A stretch of DNA of 64,000 nt from Candidatus Thalassarchaeum sp. (GTDB taxonomy: Archaea > Thermoplasmatota > Poseidoniia > Poseidoniales > Thalassarchaeaceae). Below the pieces are notes generated by a model, which worked only from the letters and a program-made list of their open reading frames with translations, made no database searches and was not told the DNA's origin. The stretch's first letter is position 1. Each line of letters begins with the position of its first letter. The position numbers and the translations under genes are program-made. Shown here piece after piece: positions 57,099 through 64,000 of the stretch. The stretch spans positions 193,284-257,283 of the forward strand of contig JADHRW010000002.1 in the NCBI GenBank assembly GCA_016777225.1, in the 5' to 3' direction.

Positions 57099-59072
57099 TC
57101 AAGAGTTGAATAGAGATTCTATCTCTGTACCATTTCTTGTATTGAGAATATCTGAACTTTCAAGCCATCCTTTACGAGCGATTTGAATACCGTACCAAAC
57201 ATCACCTAAACCATTGATATCATGAGCATCAGGATTAATACAAATCGGTACATTCTGTTCTTTGGCGAACTTACATAATCTCCAATCTAGATCTAAGCGA
57301 TATGGAGAAGCATTAATTTCAATTGCTTTCAAGTGCCCTTCTCGATTCAATTCACCCATTCGCCTAATAATTGCATGCATATCTATTGGGAAACCTTCTC
57401 TTACCTGTAAAATTCGACCAGTTGGGTGACCTAGAATTGTAAATGTGGGATCTTCAATAGCCCTAATTAATGCTTCAGTATTTTCTATTTCATCTCTATT
57501 TCTCCAACTACCCAATGCATGAACACTGCCTACTACATGAGAAAATAAATTTCTTACATCATCAGAGTAATCTAAACTACCATCCGCTAAAATATCACAT
57601 TCAGAACCATGAAGTAGTCGAAAATCAATATTTTCATCTTTCCATATTTTATTTAATCGTAAAATTTCTTCAGATTGTTTCGGAACCTTTTCACTAGGAA
57701 TTCCTATTTGGCGACCGCCAATATTCAAAGTTTCAGAATGATCTGCAATTCCCAAATATTCCCATCCTAATGATTGAGCGGCTTTAGCCATTTCTTCTAG
57801 AGTATTTGTACCATCAGAATAAATTGTATGATTGTGAAATGCACCTCTTAAGTCAGAAGGGACTACTAATGTAGGTAATGAGGATTTAGAAAAGGATGCT
57901 GCTTCTATTTCACCCATATCTTCTCTCATCTCAGGAGGCACCCAATCCATATCCAAACTTTTGTAAATATCCGATTCATCAACACAGATCAATGTATGTT
58001 TTGCTGCCTCCATACCTATTTTCCCGTCTGCTAAATTTTCTGGGAAAAGACCAAATTCATTCAATCTCAGACCTCTATTTATTGCTTCTTGTCGCATTCG
58101 AATGTTATGCTCTTTAGAACCTGTGAAGTAAGCTAGTGTAAATGGGAATGTTTCAGGATTAACAATTCTAACTTGGGCATCTATAGTTGCATCACTATTT
58201 CGTTCAATAAGAGTTTCTGCAAGTTTTTCATCAATACTTCCTGAATTAATAGAATTAGACAACATTGCTTGTTCAAGAATTAAACTAACTTTTGACTCTC
58301 CAAAGCCTTTAACTTCAGCTATACCAGGTAAATTAAGAATTTCATTAATCACATTTTCATGTTGTTCAGGAGGAGAGGAAACAACAATATCAAGATCACC
58401 AATTGTCTCTCTACGACGTCGTGCACTACCTGCAAGTTGAGCTTTCTCTACTCCCTTAATTTGAGAAATCTTTTCTTCCAATGCACGACCATATAATAAT
58501 CCAACATCCATTCTAGTTCTACCTTGATAGCGGCGTAATAAATCGATTCCATCAAGATATTTTTGCTGGCTTTTCTTCCCAAAACCGCTTAGTGGAGACA
58601 CATGATCAAGTTCACAAGCAGCCTTCAACGACTCTACAGAATCAATACCTAATGATTCATATAGAATCCTAGCACGTTTAGGACCTAAACCAGGTATACC
58701 TACAATTTCTATTAAACCAGGTGGTATTTTATCATACAATGATTTCATATCACCCCAACTTCCATGCATAACTGCTTCAGTAATCAAGCCACCAATTCCT
58801 TTCCCTATCCCTTTAATTTCGACGATGCGATTTTCAGAAACAACTGTGAATAAATCTTCTTCCATTGATGCTAGGGTACGTGAACCATTTTGGTATGCAC
58901 GTACTCGAAAGCCATTAGCGCCAGATAACTCCAATAATATTGCAATTTGTTCCAATACATCTACTAATTGTGTCTTGCTAATGTAAGGTGCTTGCTGCCT
59001 CCGAGATATAGGAAGAGTCCAACCACCTACCTTGGCCATGGCATCAAGAACATACAGTAGGTCTTGAACCAT
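57099..59072 (-). CDS. polX: family X DNA polymerase with C-terminal PHP phosphoesterase domain
   Basis: HhH motifs are present (GIGKG, IPGLGPKRA). The nucleotidyltransferase motif is GSARRRRETIGDLDIVV. PHP motifs are FHNHTIYSDG and GIADHS. Confidence 0.88.
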   Translation of the reverse strand: MVQDLLYVLDAMAKVGGWTLPISRRQQAPYISKTQLVDVLEQIAILLELSGANGFRVRAYQNGSRTLASMEEDLFTVVSENRIVEIKGIGKGIGGLITEAVMHGSWGDMKSLYDKIPPGLIEIVGIPGLGPKRARILYESLGIDSVESLKAACELDHVSPLSGFGKKSQQKYLDGIDLLRRYQGRTRMDVGLLYGRALEEKISQIKGVEKAQLAGSARRRRETIGDLDIVVSSPPEQHENVINEILNLPGIAEVKGFGESKVSLILEQAMLSNSINSGSIDEKLAETLIERNSDATIDAQVRIVNPETFPFTLAYFTGSKEHNIRMRQEAINRGLRLNEFGLFPENLADGKIGMEAAKHTLICVDESDIYKSLDMDWVPPEMREDMGEIEAASFSKSSLPTLVVPSDLRGAFHNHTIYSDGTNTLEEMAKAAQSLGWEYLGIADHSETLNIGGRQIGIPSEKVPKQSEEILRLNKIWKDENIDFRLLHGSECDILADGSLDYSDDVRNLFSHVVGSVHALGSWRNRDEIENTEALIRAIEDPTFTILGHPTGRILQVREGFPIDMHAIIRRMGELNREGHLKAIEINASPYRLDLDWRLCKFAKEQNVPICINPDAHDINGLGDVWYGIQIARKGWLESSDILNTRNGTEIESLFNS

Positions 59073-59134
59073 ACCATCCGAGATTCGGATTGATGTTCCC
59101 CAACATAAACAAATGAAAGCCCTTACCCATAACT

Positions 59135-59479
59135 ATGGAATTGGTTTCTTTGTTAGAATCCGCATCCATCACACTTTGTGGAATTGCAACTATTCTATGG
59201 ATAGCAATTGGCACTCTGGCTCGAATAGAGCAAGGAGAAATCATCACCCAGAAAGTTGTTGCAACACTATGTATCGTCTCTGCCATTATGCTTTTTACTT
59301 TACATTATTTAGGTGGAGAACTTTGGGGTTCGACAACTATAGCTAGACCTTTGGCAGTTACAGCGATAATTGTGGCAATAACTGGAATGCTAAATATCAA
59401 AGGTAAAGATGTTCAAGGAGAAACAAATCCTCACCAGATAATGAAAATGAGAGCTGCCGAGAGAAGAGAAGAAGAATAA
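59135..59479 (+). CDS. small membrane protein (3 TM, 114 aa)
   Basis: Three helices and a basic C-terminal tail are present. I prefer it over the overlapping 77- and 80-aa ORFs. Confidence 0.4.
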   Translation: MELVSLLESASITLCGIATILWIAIGTLARIEQGEIITQKVVATLCIVSAIMLFTLHYLGGELWGSTTIARPLAVTAIIVAITGMLNIKGKDVQGETNPHQIMKMRAAERREEE

Positions 59480-59761
59480 TTATTTTTGAGCCAATTTCTC
59501 ATCGATAAAAGATCTCATGTATGCTGGTAATTCACCATTGACAAAAATTACATCATTTACGCCATCAAGTTTCATTAAAGAATAATAAATTTGCATAGCA
59601 GTCATGGGAGTAGAACTGCAACCTGTACATCCACCCTCAAGTGAAATCATAATTATTCCATCTGTTGTATCTACAACATTTACTATACCATCATGGGCAT
59701 CTAATATTGCCTGAACAGGTCCAACTGAATCAAGAATTAACTGTTCATCAACCATATTCAA
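59480..59761 (-). CDS. NifU/Nfu-like Fe-S cluster scaffold domain protein
   Basis: The GGCTGCSS motif is present and the size is about 90 aa. Confidence 0.65.
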   Translation of the reverse strand: MNMVDEQLILDSVGPVQAILDAHDGIVNVVDTTDGIIMISLEGGCTGCSSTPMTAMQIYYSLMKLDGVNDVIFVNGELPAYMRSFIDEKLAQK

Positions 59762-59770
59762 TACGACCTT

Positions 59771-60727
59771 ATGCCTGACCCTACCAGCCGAGGACTAATG
59801 AACCTGAGGCTCTTTCAACTACACATGAGTACCACTTTCAGAGTTCTAATGATTGATTTATTAGTTGAAAGAGCAGAGTTTGGACATGGAGGAAATCAAG
59901 AAGTGATTAGACCAATGGCTGCATTATCTGATGTCGAAGTTTTATTAATAACACCACAAATGCAATCGTTCGAGGCAGGCAGTAAAATACAGTCAAATGC
60001 AGATGTTCAATTAGAAGAGATTGATGTACCAAATTGGGATAACGAATATGACTTCTGGGGTCAAACTGAAGTTGAACTAGAAGGAAGAAAAATAAATTTT
60101 AAACGAATAATCATGCCTATGCATGAAAATGAAAATAAGATGAATGATTGGCTTAAACAATTAGATTTAGATGCAGTAGTTTGCTCAGGTTCTAGAAGAA
60201 ACGTTAGTATTTGGGAAAAATGGATGGGTCCTACTGAAACTATGTTTAGAGCAGCTGCTAAATCAGGCACCCCAACATTAGGAATTTGCTTTGGTCATCA
60301 ATTACTATGTCATTCATTGGGCGCAAACATAGAGCGTGCAGACAAATTATCGAGCGGTATTTGGAGTTTGGAACTGACTGAAAAAGGTAAATCGGATACT
60401 TTACTTACAACCCATAAACAGAATAATGAAGAAATATCAGGATTATTTAGTCATCAAGATCATGTTGTATCAATACCTGATAATTGTACATTGTTGAGTC
60501 GTACTTCACACAATTTAGTAACTGCCGTTAGAGTAAATAACGAATCAGGAGATCCTATGCCAGCATGGGGTATTCAATTTCATCCAGAGGCTGCTAGAAA
60601 AAGAATTGAACGAGCATACGGATGGGGACATATCTCTGAAGAAGAATATAATTCGTTTAGAGGAGAACATGATGGAGCAGGTATTTTGACTTCTTTTGCT
60701 AAAATCGTTATGGAAGAATCATCTTGA
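59771..60727 (+). CDS. class I glutamine amidotransferase-like protein (GuaA-N/GATase1 type)
   Basis: Motifs are LGICFGHQLL and IQFHPE. The start may be the internal MSTTFRVLMID (59825). Confidence 0.65.
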   Translation: MPDPTSRGLMNLRLFQLHMSTTFRVLMIDLLVERAEFGHGGNQEVIRPMAALSDVEVLLITPQMQSFEAGSKIQSNADVQLEEIDVPNWDNEYDFWGQTEVELEGRKINFKRIIMPMHENENKMNDWLKQLDLDAVVCSGSRRNVSIWEKWMGPTETMFRAAAKSGTPTLGICFGHQLLCHSLGANIERADKLSSGIWSLELTEKGKSDTLLTTHKQNNEEISGLFSHQDHVVSIPDNCTLLSRTSHNLVTAVRVNNESGDPMPAWGIQFHPEAARKRIERAYGWGHISEEEYNSFRGEHDGAGILTSFAKIVMEESS

Positions 60728-60761
60728 GCCGCTATTAGAGAGTCTTTTACTAGGATTCTGA

Positions 60762-60767
60762 TTATAA
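60762..60767 (+). promoter_or_regulatory. candidate TATA box TTATAA for hppA
   Basis: It lies about 40 nt upstream of the ATG at 60805. An AAGGTGA SD-like sequence at 60792-60798 falls between them. Confidence 0.35.
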
Positions 60768-60804
60768 GTAACTCTTTGGTGGGCGGGTCAGAAAGGTGAA
60801 CACC

Positions 60805-62865
60805 ATGTTAGAAAATATACCATTAATTGCAGCCGGAGCAGGTCTTTTAGGACTGTTAATTGCATTTGTATTATACAAGAAAGTGAATAGTGTAGAAATT
60901 GATAATAAAGTTGTAGCAGATATAACTAAAGAAATTCAAGAAGGAGCAATGGCCTTCCTTTATGCAGAATATAGAGTATTGAGTATATTCGTAGTAGTAG
61001 TTGGCGCATTGTTAGTATTCCTTAATGATGTAAATACTGCAATTGCATTCTTTGCAGGAGCAATTGCCTCAGTTTTAGCAGGATTCTCTGGAATGCGTGC
61101 TGCTACATCTGCTAATGGAAGAACTGCAATGGCTGCTAAGAATGATGGTCAAGCAGGTGCATTAGCTGTTTCATATAATGGTGGAGCAGTTATGGGACTT
61201 TCAGTAGGTGGACTTGGTTTACTGGGTATCTCATTGGTTGCGTTTGCTCTAAACGCGGCTGAACCGGGATCTGATCTTTCAGCAGCAGCTGGATTCGGAA
61301 TGGGTGCATCATCGATTGCTCTTTTCGCACGCGTTGGTGGTGGGATATACACTAAAGCAGCAGATGTTGGAGCAGATTTAGTTGGTAAAGTTGAAGCTGG
61401 TATTCCAGAAGATGACCCTCGAAACCCAGGTGTAATTGCAGATAATGTTGGAGACAATGTAGGCGATGTTGCAGGAATGGGAGCAGATATTTTCGAGTCA
61501 TTTGTAGGATCTATAATTGCTGCAATGATAATTGCAAGTGCTGGTGATTGGAGTGTTGATTACGTAATAATGCCTATTATGCTAGGATTAATTGGATATG
61601 TGGCATCGATTATCGGTGTTTTCTCTATGACTTTCTTAAAGAATGGATCAGATGCTGCGGCTGCATTAAGGAATACTACATTCATTGCGGCGGTATTATT
61701 CTGGGCGGGAGGATACATGGCAATCGTAGGAAATTATATTGATGTTGAGATTGGAGTAATGCATTCAGTTGTATTAGGAAGTATCGTAGGAATAATGATT
61801 GGATTAGTTACTGAATACTACACAGGTATAGAACCAGTTTTCGGTATTAAAACAAAAGCTATTCCTCATATTGGACAAATGTCAAAGACCGGCCCAGCAA
61901 CAAATGCGATTGCTGGTCTTTCAGTTGGAATGATGTCAACATTCATCCCTATCCTCTTAATTTCAGCAGGTATACTTGGAGCAAATTATTTCGGTGGTGA
62001 AACATATGGACTTTACTGCATCGCTATGGCTGCTATGGGTATGCTAGCAACAGTTGGAGTTACAATGACCGTAGATGCATATGGCCCGGTTGCAGATAAT
62101 GCTGGAGGAATTGCAGAAATGAGTTCTCTGGGTAAAGAAGTCCGTGCAATCACTGACGAACTTGATTCAATAGGGAATACTACTGCTGCAGTCGGTAAAG
62201 GGTTTGCAATCGGCTCTGCAGCATTAACTGCACTTGCATTATTCGCGGCTTATACTGAAGCAATTAATGGAGAACTAGATTTGACTTTAACAAATCCAAT
62301 GGTTGTTACCGGACTTCTAATAGGAGGAGGATTACCATTCGTAGTTGCTGCAATGACAATGACCTCAGTAGGAAAAGCTGCTGGAGAAATGGTCGTAGAA
62401 ATAAGAAGACAATTCAAAGAAATACCTGGTCTTCTAGAAGGAAAAGAAGGTGTAAAACCGGATTCAAAGAAATGTGTAGATATTTCAACTCAAGCAGCTC
62501 TAAAAGAAATGGTTGGACCAGGAGTAGTAGCAATTACTGCACCGGTTATTGTAGGAGTTGCTTTGGGCTGGGATGCCTTAGGTGGGCTTCTAGCAGGTTC
62601 ATTAGTTACTGGAGTTCTAATGGCACTATTCATGGCAAATGCTGGTGGTGCTTGGGACAATGCAAAGAAAGCTATAGAGCAAGGCCATATTGAAGGTGCT
62701 GTAAAGGGAGATGCTGCACATGATGCAGCAGTTATTGGTGATACTATAGGAGATCCGTTCAAAGATACATCTGGACCCTCATTAAATATTTTGATTAAAT
62801 TAATGTCGATAGTTGCAGTCGTCCTTGCGGGAACAGACAAATTGACTCAGAACGGACTTCTTTGA
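60805..62865 (+). CDS. hppA: membrane-bound proton/sodium-translocating pyrophosphatase, K+-dependent type
   Basis: Motifs are [29 protein letters not shown] and [17 protein letters not shown]; the Ala at the K+-dependence position indicates the type. About 16 TM helices are present. The track starts at GTG 60796; I prefer ATG 60805 because of the SD spacing. Confidence 0.93.
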   Translation: MLENIPLIAAGAGLLGLLIAFVLYKKVNSVEIDNKVVADITKEIQEGAMAFLYAEYRVLSIFVVVVGALLVFLNDVNTAIAFFAGAIASVLAGFSGMRAATSANGRTAMAAKNDGQAGALAVSYNGGAVMGLSVGGLGLLGISLVAFALNAAEPGSDLSAAAGFGMGASSIALFARVGGGIYTKAADVGADLVGKVEAGIPEDDPRNPGVIADNVGDNVGDVAGMGADIFESFVGSIIAAMIIASAGDWSVDYVIMPIMLGLIGYVASIIGVFSMTFLKNGSDAAAALRNTTFIAAVLFWAGGYMAIVGNYIDVEIGVMHSVVLGSIVGIMIGLVTEYYTGIEPVFGIKTKAIPHIGQMSKTGPATNAIAGLSVGMMSTFIPILLISAGILGANYFGGETYGLYCIAMAAMGMLATVGVTMTVDAYGPVADNAGGIAEMSSLGKEVRAITDELDSIGNTTAAVGKGFAIGSAALTALALFAAYTEAINGELDLTLTNPMVVTGLLIGGGLPFVVAAMTMTSVGKAAGEMVVEIRRQFKEIPGLLEGKEGVKPDSKKCVDISTQAALKEMVGPGVVAITAPVIVGVALGWDALGGLLAGSLVTGVLMALFMANAGGAWDNAKKAIEQGHIEGAVKGDAAHDAAVIGDTIGDPFKDTSGPSLNILIKLMSIVAVVLAGTDKLTQNGLL

Positions 62866-62867
62866 AA

Positions 62868-62888
62868 CAAGATACCGTTAGTATCTTG
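62868..62888 (+). terminator. 8-bp stem / 5-nt loop hairpin 3 nt after the hppA stop
   Basis: The sequence is CAAGATAC-CGTTA-GTATCTTG. No T-tract follows, so its terminator function is uncertain. Confidence 0.35.
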
Positions 62889-62911
62889 ACTGATAGGCAG
62901 GAGCGAGTAAC

Positions 62912-63874
62912 ATGGCTAGGGTCTTTACGTTTGGTATGGTTATGCTAATCTTGGTTATGCCATTAACTGGATGTACAGGTATTACCAGTGGAATAACAGG
63001 CAGTTCAGATACTGAAGAAATCTCAGTACCTACATGGGAGATTGGAGATTATTGGTTATACACCTTTTCTACCCCTGATTACAGTGACGATACAACAAGA
63101 CTAGTCGTAGCGACGACCGATATTGAAGAGCAAGGAACTGCATATATGCTTGCGATTTCAAGTATTGGAGAAGCTAGAAGACACGCAGTACTCAATCATA
63201 ATCCATTCCTTGGAAGAATTACTCATGAAGGATTAAGTCCATTTGAAAATGGAGAGGCAAAAAATGTACTTGATTTCCCATTAACAAAAAATAAAGCATG
63301 GAGTTTTAGTTTATTTGATAATGAGTGGAATGCAGTGGTTTCATCAATAGGTTCTTCTATTGCATCTATAAGAGCAACGGCAAATGACGGTTCTACTATT
63401 GATTACATATTTGATGGAAATTTAGCTTTCTTTTCTTCTTTCATTTGGACTGATGCTGAAGGTATTATACAGTTGAAAATGAAAAATGCAGACCAAGGAA
63501 TCGGGCATACGGGTGACGTTTATTTTGTAAGAGGTGGCGACTTATACAGCAATAATTGGTATAATACTGGCCCAGATGCGGAGTTTGTAGATACTTTCCT
63601 TGTCAGCGATCATCCAAAGGATGGGGAATGGGATGAAATGATATATTTCCTAGATGCTTCATGCGGAGGAGGATCAACAATCACTCTAACTCTGAGAGAT
63701 CATTTATCCGTTTCTGCTCTAGAACGCTTCTGGGGACCGGGAGCAGAAGAGACTGGAACTTTAGGCACAATTCCCTATCCAAGTGAAGATTACACACTCA
63801 CTGCAACATTTACTGGAGATACACATCTACGAATCCTATTAGCGGGTGGAATTACTTATTCTTGGAATCTCTAA
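62912..63874 (+). CDS. secreted lipoprotein of unknown function
   Basis: A signal peptide carries a lipobox (PLTGC). The mature part is acidic and beta-rich. Confidence 0.6.
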   Translation: MARVFTFGMVMLILVMPLTGCTGITSGITGSSDTEEISVPTWEIGDYWLYTFSTPDYSDDTTRLVVATTDIEEQGTAYMLAISSIGEARRHAVLNHNPFLGRITHEGLSPFENGEAKNVLDFPLTKNKAWSFSLFDNEWNAVVSSIGSSIASIRATANDGSTIDYIFDGNLAFFSSFIWTDAEGIIQLKMKNADQGIGHTGDVYFVRGGDLYSNNWYNTGPDAEFVDTFLVSDHPKDGEWDEMIYFLDASCGGGSTITLTLRDHLSVSALERFWGPGAEETGTLGTIPYPSEDYTLTATFTGDTHLRILLAGGITYSWNL

Positions 63875-64000
63875 ATGATGTTCATGTCTGGAACTTTTGT
63901 AATGTTGCATGGAATGACTGGCACCTCTGCAAAGATGCAACCATTAGCTAAACAACTGGTTCCAAAAGGTTGGGATATACTTTGTCCTGAAGCAAAAATT
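63875..64000 (+). CDS. partial CDS (N-terminal 42 aa), probable alpha/beta-hydrolase (carboxylesterase/phospholipase family)
   Basis: The ATG abuts the previous stop. MMFMSGTFVMLHGMTGTSAKMQPLAK resembles the LHGxxG oxyanion region. The frame is open to the window edge. Confidence 0.35.
   Translation, partial: MMFMSGTFVMLHGMTGTSAKMQPLAKQLVPKGWDILCPEAKI

Noticed and set aside
59044-59346. Overlapping 80-aa (minus) and 77-aa (plus) ORFs at the polX 5' end
   Set aside because: The 114-aa ORF at 59135-59479 has a coherent 3-TM profile and fills the gap. The other two overlap it or polX and lack features.
61149-62840. Antisense ORFs (102 and 116 aa) and a 73-aa sense-shifted ORF inside hppA
   Set aside because: hppA is unambiguous. 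The Ala/Pro/Ser-rich shadow ORFs arise from its Gly/Ala-rich codons.
1-64000. CRISPR arrays, transposases, integrases, prophage or defence islands
   Set aside because: No repeat-spacer periodicity, terminal inverted repeats or recombinase/nuclease-type ORFs were found on reading the window. Every large ORF has a plausible cellular function or is a secreted or membrane hypothetical.

Overview
The window is a gene-dense, AT-rich archaeal chromosome segment of about 62 protein genes, with roughly 93% coding sequence. It has one tRNA and no rRNA, CRISPR array, integrase or transposase. Archaeal identity rests on hallmark genes: TATA-box binding protein, ABCE1, archaeosine tRNA-guanine transglycosylase, archaeal-type triosephosphate isomerase, CTP-dependent riboflavin kinase, archaeal NMN adenylyltransferase, a DRG-type GTPase, a SepF-like protein and an eL41-like micro-ORF. 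The remaining content points to an aerobic marine heterotroph, possibly a Thermoplasmatota or Marine Group II-like lineage; this placement is inference only. That content includes succinyl-CoA synthetase, citrate synthase, H+-pyrophosphatase, mevalonate kinase, two squalene/phytoene synthase paralogues, many acidic secreted or lipobox proteins, and a 1159-aa PKD-repeat surface protein. Most of the window is housekeeping. Genes 22804-38413 form one uninterrupted minus-strand array of 21 ORFs with tiny gaps or overlaps. The points most worth a second look are these. (1) A tightly coupled eight-gene minus-strand module (23700-31100) encodes two ABC-2 ATPase/permease pairs. One permease carries a roughly 260-aa Asp-rich extracellular domain. 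The pairs are followed by a Trp-rich AttH/CrtC/tocopherol-cyclase-like protein, a multi-TM bPH protein and a TPR protein. (2) The TBP second repeat carries an insertion of about 55 aa. (3) A GDPD-like enzyme has its HRG catalytic motif at the extreme C-terminus instead of the N-terminus, which may be a circular permutation. (4) A YdbS-like bPH gene is split by a single in-frame TGA. (5) The ArcTGT lacks the CxCxxC zinc motif. (6) A fused aconitase-X is translationally coupled to tgtA. (7) A fused NarI-like/HdrD-like membrane Fe-S oxidoreductase is present. All functional calls come from motif recognition by eye in the supplied translations; no database search was run.
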